Source: an uncultured virus (IMG/VR IMGVR_UViG_3300030117_003229) (taxonomy: Duplodnaviria; Heunggongvirae; Uroviricota; Caudoviricetes). From it: a stretch of DNA of 64,000 nt. Of the stretch, positions 38,651 to 48,602 are shown piece after piece. The stretch is taken from IMG/VR virus record IMGVR_UViG_3300030117_003229, positions 1-64,000 of that record; one strand, given 5' to 3'. The notes under the pieces were generated by a model, which was given only the letters and a program-made list of their open reading frames with translations, was not told the DNA's origin and made no database searches. The stretch's first letter is position 1, and every line of letters starts with the position of its first letter. Made by a program: the position numbers and the translations under genes.

Positions 38651-39187
38651 TTACCTTTTAACATAGCTTTGCAAGATTTCACCCCAGTTAGCCCTTCTTT
38701 CCTCACTAGTCATATCTACCCAGTTTTTATTAGTTGGGTTGGTAGCCCTAGCTGGTGTTGAGCTAGTAGAAGCAACTTCCTGCTTTTCTGTTTTAAATTT
38801 ATTAGATACAGTTTCTATTAAACTAATATCTGCATTTTGTAATTGATCTTTTAAATCATCATCTAAGGAGTCTAAAAGTTTTTCTCTTCTAGTGTTTTCC
38901 ATATTCTTTAATCTTTCATAATCAGGCATTAAGGCATCTAGCTCAGTCTTGTACTTATTGGCTAGTTCCTTATGCTCATTATTCTTGATCATTTTTTCTT
39001 CTTTATCTTTTTCTATCTGAGCTTTTAGATCAGCATACTTAGACTCGATTTCCTGCGCCCTGTTTCTATACTTCTTGCTTTCTGCAATTAAAGACCCAAC
39101 TTCAGGGTTGGTTGGTTCTTGATTCTGGCTATCAGTTGCCACCTCTTGTACATTATCTTGTACTGCTTCTGTTGTAGTTTCAGACAT
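38651..39187 (-). CDS. Scaffolding protein
   Basis: LIAESKKYR.RAQ; coiled-coil. Confidence 0.75.
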   Translation of the reverse strand: MSETTTEAVQDNVQEVATDSQNQEPTNPEVGSLIAESKKYRNRAQEIESKYADLKAQIEKDKEEKMIKNNEHKELANKYKTELDALMPDYERLKNMENTRREKLLDSLDDDLKDQLQNADISLIETVSNKFKTEKQEVASTSSTPARATNPTNKNWVDMTSEERRANWGEILQSYVKR

Positions 39188-39246
39188 ACTGCCTTCCTCT
39201 TTAGTTAATTAAATTTATAGTAATGTTGGTTTTTTTAAAATACCCA

Positions 39247-39723
39247 TTACACATTTAAATCAATTATAATATCTTTTTTACTAAACTTTACTATCCTGTC
39301 ATCTATAATCTTTTCAAAATATTCTTTTACAAAGTTTTCATTTTTATCATTAAGACCATAAACATTTCTACCATTTTTGGCATTGCCTTCAAACTTTAAT
39401 CCATCCCTATAATTTAACTCTACACTATTAGAAGTCGCTCTTTGTGCCTTTAATGAGTTAAGCATTACCCCTGTAAGCCTTAGATTGGGAGGTGATACTT
39501 GTCTGCTTTTAGAAATACCTTTTTTTGTTTTTATTCCTTTTACTTTTTTAAGAGCATAATTAATAGTGTATCTTGGAAAGTCTTTTACTGTACCATCACC
39601 ATCCTGACTTATCCCCTTTTTAGTATCTTCAAGTATTCTTGTTACTAGCTTACCACCTAGTATTAACCAGTCTTTTGCTTTTTGTTTTGCTATATCATCT
39701 GCTTTCATTACTTTACTTCCCAA
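39247..39723 (-). CDS. Virion morphogenesis / neck protein
   Basis: PNLRLTGVMLNSL. Confidence 0.6.
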   Translation of the reverse strand: MGSKVMKADDIAKQKAKDWLILGGKLVTRILEDTKKGISQDGDGTVKDFPRYTINYALKKVKGIKTKKGISKSRQVSPPNLRLTGVMLNSLKAQRATSNSVELNYRDGLKFEGNAKNGRNVYGLNDKNENFVKEYFEKIIDDRIVKFSKKDIIIDLNV

Positions 39724-40400
39724 CTATGACGGCAGTTGAAACCACCTCTAAAACCAAATTGTGTATCTGAGTCTAATACTTGTTTTTCAGTATATCCATT
39801 TGGAGGCTCATTCTCTTTTGTAAATCTACAGCTATCCCTAGTCTTAGAATCTAACGGCCCAAAATATGTCCATCTTACATTAAGACCTTCAAATACTTTA
39901 TATCTTGCTGTGTCATCAAATGTCTTAATACTTGTATAGGTAGCTGTATTTAGTTGATAGTCTGCTAGTGGTATTCCTTCAAGTGCTGATATAGTGTCAT
40001 TTATAGATACTCCAGCATAAAGGTTTTGAAATATTGATGTAGTCAATCTATTAGAATAAGCCCTAGCACTTCCTAAAAGTTCTGCTGTATTCAAGTCCTT
40101 TAGTGTTTCCAAGCCTTGTAGCCCAGCACCACCTAAAGGTGTAAGACCTCTTTTAGTAGCTTCTGCTACAGCTTGGGCAAGTATCTTTTCATATTCAGCA
40201 TCTAGATTGTTTAGGGCATCACCATAACCCTGATCAATTATTTCATTAAAAAGATTTAACTGACCAACTGCTGTAATAAGTTGGGAATCAGACATTGCAC
40301 CTAATCCCCTTACAACAGTTCTTAGCCTTCCTTGAAACTTTCTTTCTAGTTTCTCTATGTCTTTTACAAATGAATTAACTGCTGGTTGGACTTGTGCCAT
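39708..40400 (-). CDS. Minor capsid / head morphogenesis protein
   Basis: GPLDSKTRDSC...GGFNCRHSW. Confidence 0.75.
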   Translation of the reverse strand: MAQVQPAVNSFVKDIEKLERKFQGRLRTVVRGLGAMSDSQLITAVGQLNLFNEIIDQGYGDALNNLDAEYEKILAQAVAEATKRGLTPLGGAGLQGLETLKDLNTAELLGSARAYSNRLTTSIFQNLYAGVSINDTISALEGIPLADYQLNTATYTSIKTFDDTARYKVFEGLNVRWTYFGPLDSKTRDSCRFTKENEPPNGYTEKQVLDSDTQFGFRGGFNCRHSWEVK

Positions 40401-41745
40401 TTAGTATTCTTTGAAATGCTGATTGTGGTTGCTGTGAATTTGCTATTGTTTGATTTTGTTCCATGATTCCTGATAGTTTCATTTCAAGTTCTTCATCACT
40501 CATATCAGGATTATAGTATAATAGTAAATCTTTTTGGCTAATTATATTATTATCCAACTTCCAACTAAGCATCTCACGCTCTTCTTTTGGAGACATTGGA
40601 AAGGTTACTTCACCAAAATCTACAGAATATTCTTCAGGTAAGTTTAATACATTATGTACTTCTAGTATTCTTCTATCTATCTCATATCTTTGATGCTCAA
40701 ATTCTCTAAATACTGGCACATCACTTTTTCTAGTTTCAAGGTTTTCAATTTCCATAATTCTTAATGCTTCACCAGAAGGTGCATTACCACCTGATTCACC
40801 CCACCTAATTCTTAGCTGATTGTTTTCAGCAACCTGATTAGCCATAGACTTTACTGCTTCGATCATCTCTACAAGGCTACCACTTGGGCTTACATAGTTG
40901 AAAGATGCCCCTTCAGGAAGTATATAGGCATTGTCGATACCAGCAGTAAGTTTGCTTTGACCTTCCTCAAGTCCTGTAAATACTGGTTGCCCTAATCTGA
41001 ACCTTACTGATAAAGCTATTTCTGTCATAGCTATGGCAATATGAAGTCCAACCCTAGTAACATCATAGGATGCTCTATTAAACATTACCCTTGAAATAGG
41101 TACAATACCGTAAGGGTTTACCATGTCTAAGTTATCTTTTACAGGATACCTATTACCTTTTTCATCATATTCAAAGTGCATACCCTCTACACCATCCCTA
41201 TCTTCAGACCAGAATACAAATCTTTTCTTAGTTACATCCATGCTTTCTATTTCATAGCTATATGCAAATGGTTCTGTATCTCCATGCACATAATACTCTT
41301 GTACATTGGGCAATACTTCATATTCTAGCCTACCCCTTCTTTCATTGTACATTGACTTCATATAACAACAGCCTAACAGCCATGCAAGTTCAGACACTTC
41401 CCTTACCTTAGAATTTAATCTATAAGCTAATTGATTATAGTCATCATTTACTTCACCATTAATAAACCTTTGTGCTGAATCTCTATATATCATCATTCTA
41501 GCTTTGCTAAATCTTGGTACACAAGACCCAATAAAAGGAGGTACTTGACTTAGTGATTCACTAGCAAACCACGGTTCAATATGTTTATCCAGATTACTAT
41601 TATAATAGAAGTCTAATGACTCCATCATATTGTAATCCTGTTGAGCAAGATAATTCTCTCCTGCATCCATTACACTTTTTAATACAGCCTGTTCTGATAA
41701 ATCAGGAATCAGAATCTTATTAACACTCTTACCAAAATTGAACAT
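40375..41745 (-). CDS. Portal protein
   Basis: GNAPSGEALR; directly after TerL. Confidence 0.8.
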   Translation of the reverse strand: MFNFGKSVNKILIPDLSEQAVLKSVMDAGENYLAQQDYNMMESLDFYYNSNLDKHIEPWFASESLSQVPPFIGSCVPRFSKARMMIYRDSAQRFINGEVNDDYNQLAYRLNSKVREVSELAWLLGCCYMKSMYNERRGRLEYEVLPNVQEYYVHGDTEPFAYSYEIESMDVTKKRFVFWSEDRDGVEGMHFEYDEKGNRYPVKDNLDMVNPYGIVPISRVMFNRASYDVTRVGLHIAIAMTEIALSVRFRLGQPVFTGLEEGQSKLTAGIDNAYILPEGASFNYVSPSGSLVEMIEAVKSMANQVAENNQLRIRWGESGGNAPSGEALRIMEIENLETRKSDVPVFREFEHQRYEIDRRILEVHNVLNLPEEYSVDFGEVTFPMSPKEEREMLSWKLDNNIISQKDLLLYYNPDMSDEELEMKLSGIMEQNQTIANSQQPQSAFQRILNGTSPTSS

Positions 41746-41754
41746 ATCAACCTC

Positions 41755-42957
41755 TTACCATTTTTTAGTTGTTCCTATCATTCTTCTAATAGGAAACTTG
41801 TATTCTATTCCATACGAACACGCATCAAGTGCATGAGTTAGTTCCATGTTATCTTTAGCTAGTCCGCCTTTTTTGTCCCTTTGGCATTGCTCTAAATCTT
41901 TTACAAGGTATTTACATTTAGGGTCAACAGTCATTCCTATCTTCCCTTCTGCATCCTTTAATTTTCTATTTAAACTATTTAGCCTGTCTATATGGCTAGG
42001 GTGTCTATTCTTTACCCTGATAATAAAACCATGATCACGCAGAATCTGATGATCACTCCTTCTGCTAGTCGTAGACCTATTCTTACCAGCAGGATCAGGA
42101 TAACACTCTATGTTAGGTGCTATCTTTTTCATAGCCATAGCTAGTTCATCTGTATTGCTATTCTTTAGCCTTACTTCTTCATAAAAGTGTATAGTACCAT
42201 CAGTAAACTCAGAACAAAGTACAGCAGTATTATAATCTACATTATGGTCGATGCCCCACCATAGCTTATTAGATAACTGCTTTGCTTTTACACAATGTAT
42301 TTGCCTATCAAAGTTCCATGCGGCTCTGTTGCCTGTTGTTTCAAATGACCCTTCAAACTCTTGTTTAAATACTATTTCATCCATAGTTCTTTTAGCAAGA
42401 TTGATTTCTTTTTCAGATACAAAGCCACCTTCTAGAGTTGTAAACTGCCATGACTTCCATTCTGGTTCTGATTGACCTTTCATGTATAGATCATACATAG
42501 CATCATAACCATTAGGTGTACCAATAAATAAACACTTACCTTCTGTTGTGGCTAACATAGGCATTATAATCTCTTCCCATACATGAGGCTTTATATATGC
42601 CATTTCGTCCATTACCGCTCTTGTTAATTCCACACCCCTCAAATTATTCTCATTATCAGCACCCTTAACTGATAGTTCAGCACCATTATTAAATACTACA
42701 CTCATTTCAGATTCATTTAATTTAGCATCATGAAACCCTGCAAACATTTGCCTGAGTATAGGAAATACTATCATCTTACCCTGCCTATAGGTAGGAGTAA
42801 TAAACCATCTTCTTTCATTAGATTCAAAAGCATCTTTCATTAGGTACATTAAACTTAATACAGTCTTGCCCCATCGTCTGCCACATACTAAAACTTTAAA
42901 CCTAGATTCATCAGCAAGTATTTGCTTTCTAGTATTATCTAAAGTCCAATTAATCAT
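41755..42957 (-). CDS. terL: Terminase large subunit (uninterrupted)
   Basis: GRRWGKT, LRG..LTRAVMDE, IGTPNG, HALDA. Confidence 0.92.
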   Translation of the reverse strand: MINWTLDNTRKQILADESRFKVLVCGRRWGKTVLSLMYLMKDAFESNERRWFITPTYRQGKMIVFPILRQMFAGFHDAKLNESEMSVVFNNGAELSVKGADNENNLRGVELTRAVMDEMAYIKPHVWEEIIMPMLATTEGKCLFIGTPNGYDAMYDLYMKGQSEPEWKSWQFTTLEGGFVSEKEINLAKRTMDEIVFKQEFEGSFETTGNRAAWNFDRQIHCVKAKQLSNKLWWGIDHNVDYNTAVLCSEFTDGTIHFYEEVRLKNSNTDELAMAMKKIAPNIECYPDPAGKNRSTTSRRSDHQILRDHGFIIRVKNRHPSHIDRLNSLNRKLKDAEGKIGMTVDPKCKYLVKDLEQCQRDKKGGLAKDNMELTHALDACSYGIEYKFPIRRMIGTTKKW

Positions 42958-43145
42958 CCAAAGACTCTTTTAAATAATGCTCTTGGAACTTTCTTGCCTT
43001 GCTTATATAGTCTTTGCATCCTTGCAATGTCTCTAGCCCTTTGTGATCTTTTAGCACCAGTAGTACCAGTAAGATATTTCTTAGGTACTGTCTTATAGGT
43101 CTTATCTTTGGCTACCCTTCTATTCATCTTCTTCTTCTTTCTCAT
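42954..43145 (-). CDS. Basic small protein
   Basis: VPKKYL.G motif, Lys/Arg-rich. Confidence 0.55.
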   Translation of the reverse strand: MRKKKKMNRRVAKDKTYKTVPKKYLTGTTGAKRSQRARDIARMQRLYKQGKKVPRALFKRVFG

Positions 43146-43315
43146 GTGCCTACCTTTTTCATAGCTATCTTATGAGACTGTGTAAATGTTCTGCCCTTTC
43201 TCATAGCAGTTACCATAGCCCTTAGATGCTTTCTTGTATGATGCTTTGAATGTCTAGCCATTGCCATCTGTTGCCTCTTGGTTAATCCATCTACACTTAC
43301 ACCCTTAACCTTCAT
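43142..43315 (-). CDS. 57-aa basic His-rich protein (not in ORF track)
   Basis: Homolog of 30938..31111. Confidence 0.7.
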   Translation of the reverse strand: MKVKGVSVDGLTKRQQMAMARHSKHHTRKHLRAMVTAMRKGRTFTQSHKIAMKKVGT

Positions 43316-43572
43316 TTCTTTCTTCTTCTTTTCCTTTCTTTCCTAACTAATATAGGATCATGCTTAATTCTTTTTTGCCCCTTTACTATCTTTATAAATG
43401 AATTAACCCTAGCTATACCCCAGCTACTAGGTGTCATCCCTTTCCTAGTGCCACTACTTACTGCGGCTCCTAGACCTCTTTTATATACCTTCATCAAAGA
43501 TGATTTAGATATTTTATGTTTTCTTGCTAATGCTCCTAGCCTTGTAGATACTGATTTTCTTTTAGCCATCAT
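43312..43572 (-). CDS. Basic protein (DUF5824-like)
   Basis: L.KVYKRG.GA..SSG.R.G.TP..W..ARVNSF. Confidence 0.6.
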   Translation of the reverse strand: MMAKRKSVSTRLGALARKHKISKSSLMKVYKRGLGAAVSSGTRKGMTPSSWGIARVNSFIKIVKGQKRIKHDPILVRKERKRRRKK

Positions 43573-43888
43573 CTATTACCATTACTTGTATAGGTTCTGA
43601 TTTAGTTACTCTTTCTTGCCTGTCTAATGCTTTACCCTCCAACCTTTCTACAATAAACTGTATAGCCCTTAGATCACCTCTTTCTGCTAACTGAAATAGC
43701 TTAGACACTACTACTTCCCTTCTTTCTTTTTCACCCTTCTTAGTAAAGCTAAATTCTTTTATTAGATCAGTATAGGCATTTCTTCTACCATTAGGGTTTC
43801 CAGACTGTCCTTTCTTCCATCTATATTCTTTACCAATCTCATTACCCTTTTGGAACTGACTCCCCTTGTTTTCCCCTTGTTTAGTCAT
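43562..43888 (-). CDS. Terminase small subunit-like protein (DUF5681 motif)
   Basis: WKKGQSGNPNGR; GDLRAI..I.ERLEGK. Confidence 0.65.
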   Translation of the reverse strand: MTKQGENKGSQFQKGNEIGKEYRWKKGQSGNPNGRRNAYTDLIKEFSFTKKGEKERREVVVSKLFQLAERGDLRAIQFIVERLEGKALDRQERVTKSEPIQVMVIDDG

Positions 43889-44060
43889 ACTCTACCAATG
43901 CCATTACATAAGCCTTATTTAACTTATCTATTAGTTCTTTTACTTTGTGAGTGTCTATCTCAAACACATCAAACTCCAGCCTGTAATTGCCTGTAGTCTT
44001 TAAGTTTCTTATGCCTACTAGCTCAGTAGTAAGCACAATACCTTTATCTTCTTTTGACAA
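43881..44060 (-). CDS. Hypothetical protein (59 aa, TTG start)
   Basis: Open frame filling the gap, overlapping both neighbours. Confidence 0.45.
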   Translation of the reverse strand: MSKEDKGIVLTTELVGIRNLKTTGNYRLEFDVFEIDTHKVKELIDKLNKAYVMALVEYD

Positions 44061-44133
44061 TTTTTCTAGTCTTTTTCTTTTTCATTCCTTTAGATTTCTT
44101 CTTTTTCTTTTGTCCACCATAATGATAAGGCAT
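44044..44133 (-). CDS. 29-aa Lys-rich micro-protein (MPYHYG family)
   Basis: AAGGAG RBS; homolog of 30419..30505. Confidence 0.65.
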   Translation of the reverse strand: MPYHYGGQKKKKKSKGMKKKKTRKIVKRR

Positions 44134-44288
44134 ATTAGTCTCCTTGTTTTTTATGCTTTATAATTTAGATAAATGTTTATATAAAGTAAAATACTGATTA
44201 AACCCTTATTTGTATCTTTTTGGGTCTGAATAGTATACTACAGTATGTTGTTATTTTTTTTAGAGCATACTCCAGTAGGCTATGAAAC

Positions 44289-44320
44289 AAAAAAGCCCCA
44301 TAAAAATGAGGCTTCTTTTT
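44289..44320 (-). terminator. Rho-independent terminator
   Basis: AAGCC/GGCTT stem with flanking A/T tracts. Confidence 0.55.
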
Positions 44321-44336
44321 AGTGATTTAAAGTTTG

Positions 44337-44582
44337 TTATTGTTTTATATACTTTAAAACATAACTTTCAAAAACATCTCTTAATCTTCCACTCATCCAT
44401 CCATATTTGATATGATCTTCCATTATTTTGCAATCTAAATCAAGAACATTTCTATGTAATTTTATTAAATGTTCTCTTCTTTTGATGTTTTTAATATTAT
44501 TTATTTTATTTTTAACTTTATCTGTATCTGATAAATACTTCTTTTCTTTTTTAATTTTAGCTTCATGTTCTTTTGTTATCAT
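44337..44582 (-). CDS. Hypothetical protein
   Basis: GGAG RBS. Confidence 0.5.
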   Translation of the reverse strand: MITKEHEAKIKKEKKYLSDTDKVKNKINNIKNIKRREHLIKLHRNVLDLDCKIMEDHIKYGWMSGRLRDVFESYVLKYIKQ

Positions 44583-44662
44583 GTTTTAACTCCATTTTTG
44601 TTTAAATATTCTTTATACCCAAAAAGCCCCATTTAAGGGGCTGATTGGTTTCTTTTTGTTAG

Positions 44663-45146
44663 TTAGTTAAATACACCCTTTTCTAATCTATATTCATAGG
44701 GTCTGCTATTCTGTAATGGAACTTCCTCATAATTTTCACCATCTTTATCCCAAACCTGAACTAAAACCTCAACATTATGACTATTATTCATATTAGCAAG
44801 AATCCTCCAAGCACCATCACAATTTCTAATAGAAAGTATTTCAGACTCAACATCATATTTTGTATTAGTATATTCTAAGACTATTGAACTAGATATAACA
44901 TTAGGTGTTGTTTTAATTAAGATTTTATCACCACTATGAACAAGATCACATAATCTATATTCATTTGTTTCATCTATCTTTGCAAATCTTTCTTTTAAAG
45001 TGTCCCTGCTTCTTCTTTCTAATTCCATTTCAGCAATTTCATGATGAACAGTTTTAAAAATTTCATCTTCACTTGCACCTGATAAAACAGTTTCCCATGT
45101 CATAGGAAAACTTTGTAAAAGCTCATACTTTTTTGTTTCAACCATG
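44663..45146 (-). CDS. Hypothetical protein (start probably MVETKK)
   Basis: AAGGAG RBS before ATG 45146; own promoter and a downstream hairpin. Confidence 0.55.
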
Positions 45147-45183
45147 TCTAACTCCTTTGTTATTATTTTAATATTCACAAAAG

Positions 45184-45211
45184 AAGGTACAATAAAATAT
45201 TATAATGTCAA
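45184..45211 (-). promoter_or_regulatory. Sigma-70-like promoter
   Basis: TTGACA-16-TACCTT followed by GTGAATATTAAAA, as at 51918-51946. Confidence 0.55.
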
Positions 45212-45238
45212 AGGGTTTTTTAAGGGTTTATATAGGGT

Positions 45239-46090
45239 TTAATATTTCTTATATCTTTCTGATAGTATCTTTGGTACTGCATTTACCCATTTGATACTGT
45301 GATGTATTCTTTTATGATTTGCATTTAAAACTTTTATTTTAATTGAACTGGGTGAGCATAAAACTGAATAAAAACTTTTTACATAAGTTCCATAATTAAG
45401 ATATACGGTTGTCATCCCTTCTTTTGTTTTCTGAGTTTGCTTTTGAACCAATGATGCTAAGTGAGTAGTAAAAAACAAATGTCCTATACTTCCTAAATAA
45501 ACATAAGTTGTTACATCTTCATTTATTTTACCTAAAAAATTAAAAGGTTTATCTGTAGAACATACAAAGCTGTTCATTGCTTTTCTTTTTAGACCTCCTT
45601 TTATTGCAAAAACATTTTCTGCACCTCCAATAAAATCCCCACCTTGTGCTAATGCTAAAGATGTTGTAGGTGTATTTGATACAAAGTTTACCATACTATT
45701 AAATATGTGATCTAAATTTTTAACTGATTCAACAGCTAACTTATTACCTTTGATTGTTCTATACTCAAAAGCTCTATAGTCATCATCTAACTGTATAAAA
45801 TATTTATATCCTAGTTTTTTAGCAATGTAAAAACAGTAATTTCTTGCATAGACTACTGTATTTGTATTTTTAAAATTATCAAAAGTATCAAATGTTTTTG
45901 AAATAGTATTTTTATTAAAAACTAAAACATTATTAAAGTTTTTTTTATATTTATTTAATGTTTTATCTTCATCATCAACTATTAAAAATATTTTTCCAGT
46001 ATATCCTGAATTTTTTAATGTTTTTATTGTTAAAACATAATCAGGTCTGCCACTAGTAAGAATAAATACACAATAATTATTCTTCACCAT
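45239..46090 (-). CDS. TET-associated / GREB1-like glycosyltransferase (GT-A fold)
   Basis: GRPD..LT...YTG...IVDDED, YARN, QLDDDY, RKAMNSF, INEDV, GTYVKSFYSV. Confidence 0.75.
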   Translation of the reverse strand: MVKNNYCVFILTSGRPDYVLTIKTLKNSGYTGKIFLIVDDEDKTLNKYKKNFNNVLVFNKNTISKTFDTFDNFKNTNTVVYARNYCFYIAKKLGYKYFIQLDDDYRAFEYRTIKGNKLAVESVKNLDHIFNSMVNFVSNTPTTSLALAQGGDFIGGAENVFAIKGGLKRKAMNSFVCSTDKPFNFLGKINEDVTTYVYLGSIGHLFFTTHLASLVQKQTQKTKEGMTTVYLNYGTYVKSFYSVLCSPSSIKIKVLNANHKRIHHSIKWVNAVPKILSERYKKY

Positions 46091-46469
46091 ATTCTTCCAT
46101 ATATCCTTTTTTTATATCTTCTGATAAACTTACATATCCATTTACTAATGCTTTTTCAAAATCAATAATTACTAGTGCTGATTCTTCCATAAGCTCCTGA
46201 ACTTCTTTTGATGAATGTGCATAGTAATCTGCTATCTTTTCATAATTAAATACTATGTGCCTTGTAGATGCTTTTATAAGAAATTGTTTTTCTTCTTCAG
46301 GTATATCTGAATTTTGAATATTTGCAACCAGCTTATCATGTTTTTCTTTATCATAAAGCTCTAATACATGAGGTTTTTTATTTCTTGGTTCATATAAAGG
46401 TACTTGTATTTTCTTAGTATATTTTTCATCAGATTCTTTTTTGCCTTTGAATAATGTAAACTGTTTCAT
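46077..46469 (-). CDS. Conserved partner of TAGT-type glycosyltransferases
   Basis: YT.KI..P.YEP...RH.VFNY.KIADYYAH...Q.LME.SALVIIDF.KA..GYV. Confidence 0.6.
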   Translation of the reverse strand: MKQFTLFKGKKESDEKYTKKIQVPLYEPRNKKPHVLELYDKEKHDKLVANIQNSDIPEEEKQFLIKASTRHIVFNYEKIADYYAHSSKEVQELMEESALVIIDFEKALVNGYVSLSEDIKKGYMEEYGEE

Positions 46470-46735
46470 TCTAATCCTCTACATACTGGACACATCTTTT
46501 CTTTTTTTCCTATAGAGGGCATGACTTCTTTTGGATAATATATATATTTTTTAATATCTATATACTTTGAGACTATGCCCCAAACCTTGCCACATGATTT
46601 ACATTTAAATATAGTTTTATCCACTTTATCTTTTACTGCTCTTTCTTTGTATAGTCTCCAATATTCAGCCTTTGGGTCTTTTAAAGTCTTTCTGTTTATA
46701 TAATCTATAATATGTTCAGGGTTTTTCTGGGACAT
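46466..46735 (-). CDS. Zn-finger hypothetical protein
   Basis: CKSC...CPVC; homolog of 17447..17683. Confidence 0.6.
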   Translation of the reverse strand: MSQKNPEHIIDYINRKTLKDPKAEYWRLYKERAVKDKVDKTIFKCKSCGKVWGIVSKYIDIKKYIYYPKEVMPSIGKKEKMCPVCRGLE

Positions 46736-47492
46736 ATTCTACTCTGCAACAGCTTGAGCCTTCCCTAAGTTGCCATTTATTATTAGGCATTTCTCTTTTT
46801 CCACACTTTGAACAAAATGCAATATAAAGATCAGTAGGTGTTTTTTTAAATTTAGATTCAAATAGGTCATTAGCTTTTTTACCAGTCTTTCCCCATTCAA
46901 TATTATTATCCCTCCATTTTACCAATCTTCTTTTTATATCAAAGGTTTTCTGCATTTCAAACTTCATCTTTTTACCACCTTCATTAGATTCAGTCCAGTA
47001 GTAAATAAAATTATTAATTTGTTCATCAGAAAGGTTTTCAACTTCTACTGCTTTTTTTTTTACAAGATCAGAAAATTCTTTTTCCCTGCTTTCTTTATCT
47101 TTTACCTTTACTTTATCTTTAACCTTATCTTTATCTTTATCTTTAAGAGTATGTGATACCCTATGTAAACCCTTATCTTTTAATCTTTTTAATACACTTA
47201 AATGAGGTTTAGAGTTTTCTCTTAATTCACCATATTGATATTCAATAAATGAAGGTATATAATATTGATCCTCACCTTGTATATATTTCATTTTATTCTT
47301 TATTTCATCAGGTAATGAATCATAATCTACCCATTCACCAATCATAAATTCAGCTAAATCCCAGTCAGCATCCCATATACCAGCATGATCACATCTGGTT
47401 AGTAAATACAACCATATTAATTTATTTTTTGGTGATAGCTTTCTGAACCAAGCCTTGTCCCACATCTTTGTATCAATAAATCTTTTAGCCAT
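46716..47492 (-). CDS. Replication initiator / replisome organiser
   Basis: KRF.DT..W.K.WFRKL....L.W.YLL..CDHAG; KD-repeat linker; F..YWTE...FE.QKTFD..RRL..W. Confidence 0.7.
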   Translation of the reverse strand: MAKRFIDTKMWDKAWFRKLSPKNKLIWLYLLTRCDHAGIWDADWDLAEFMIGEWVDYDSLPDEIKNKMKYIQGEDQYYIPSFIEYQYGELRENSKPHLSVLKRLKDKGLHRVSHTLKDKDKDKVKDKVKVKDKESREKEFSDLVKKKAVEVENLSDEQINNFIYYWTESNEGGKKMKFEMQKTFDIKRRLVKWRDNNIEWGKTGKKANDLFESKFKKTPTDLYIAFCSKCGKREMPNNKWQLREGSSCCRVEYVPEKP

Positions 47493-47705
47493 TTTTTTTC
47501 TCCAACTTTTTTATTTTTTCTTGACAATCAATAACACATTTTAGTGTTGAATTTTGAGTTTTAATAATATGAGTCATTTTATCTTTTAGCCTATTTATTT
47601 GTTCAAATATTTCAATTTGAGCTTTCAAAATTTCTATAACATCATCTTTTGTTTGTAAAAAAGATTTATAGAGGCTTTCATATTCTTCTTTTATTTTACC
47701 ATCCA
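47485..47705 (-). CDS. Coiled-coil hypothetical protein (start probably MDGKIK)
   Basis: Open frame coupled to the initiator gene. Confidence 0.45.
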
Positions 47706-48115
47706 TGATTAGCCTTTGTATTTCTAGTGATTTGTGTAGGCATAATAATGTTATAATTTTTATCAAATCCAGATGATATGTAATAATACTGAACATATTT
47801 TTTCATGGTTTTTTTATTAGTCTTATTTTGTATAGAAACAATAAACTTAAATCCAGCTTCAGTCTCTCTTGAAAATAAAGAACATATTTTTTTACCATCT
47901 TTATATGCTCTATAAATTGGCACACTACTTTTATTTAAATAATGTTCATTAGGAAACTCACCTTTTATAGCTTCTTCATAAAAATTATTTTTAAATAAAG
48001 CCCATTTAACTCCTGAATAAAATTTAATAAATGCTTTTGCTTTACTTTTTTTACTTGCTAAAGTAACATCTCCAACATTCATGTAACCAAATTTGTTTAC
48101 TTTAATTAATACCAT
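47696..48115 (-). CDS. Hypothetical protein
   Basis: AGGAG RBS. Confidence 0.45.
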   Translation of the reverse strand: MVLIKVNKFGYMNVGDVTLASKKSKAKAFIKFYSGVKWALFKNNFYEEAIKGEFPNEHYLNKSSVPIYRAYKDGKKICSLFSRETEAGFKFIVSIQNKTNKKTMKKYVQYYYISSGFDKNYNIIMPTQITRNTKANHGW

Positions 48116-48467
48116 TTAACTCTCCTATTTTTGTTTCCAATTCACTTTTTAACTGTTTATAATCTAACTTATTTTTATTTATTGTATTAGCCTGTTTTTT
48201 TAGTCTGCTTAACCTCCTTTTGCCTAAAGTCTTTTCTGCCCATTCTTTAGCCTCTATAGGGCTTTTATGCCACCAATACAGATGACACCCTAGACACAAA
48301 GCCTTTACATTATCAACATCAAACTGCATTTTTCTGTATTTACCTTTAGGGTAGATGTGAGAGGCATGAAGATTATTAGTCTTACCACACCTCAAACATC
48401 TTTTGTCCCTTAAAATAACAAACTCCCTTACTAATTTATTTAGCTTGGTTTTTTGCTGTTTGGTCAC
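48102..48467 (-). CDS. NinG/HNH-type endonuclease
   Basis: RD..CLRCG....HASH.Y......FD..NV.ALC..CH. Confidence 0.75.
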   Translation of the reverse strand: MTKQQKTKLNKLVREFVILRDKRCLRCGKTNNLHASHIYPKGKYRKMQFDVDNVKALCLGCHLYWWHKSPIEAKEWAEKTLGKRRLSRLKKQANTINKNKLDYKQLKSELETKIGELNGIN

Positions 48468-48602
48468 TTTGTACCCTTGTCATATCTAAGTTGCAACTGC
48501 AACATCCTTTGATAAGCTGAACCTTTTTTCCTTACTATACCTTTTTTAAGTAAGCTTTTATAGAATCTTATAAGGCTACCAAGTGTGTTCTTTTTATATT
48601 CT

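Noticed and set aside
13394..44250. Alternative partition treating 13.4-44.2 kb as one natural genome
   Set aside because: It would duplicate the MPYHYG and MKVKG genes and mix two composition signatures; the operator motif ties head A to replication A.
47090..47146. TTTATC/TTTACC tandem repeats as a CRISPR or VNTR
   Set aside because: They encode the KDKDKVK linker of the replication initiator; no spacers.
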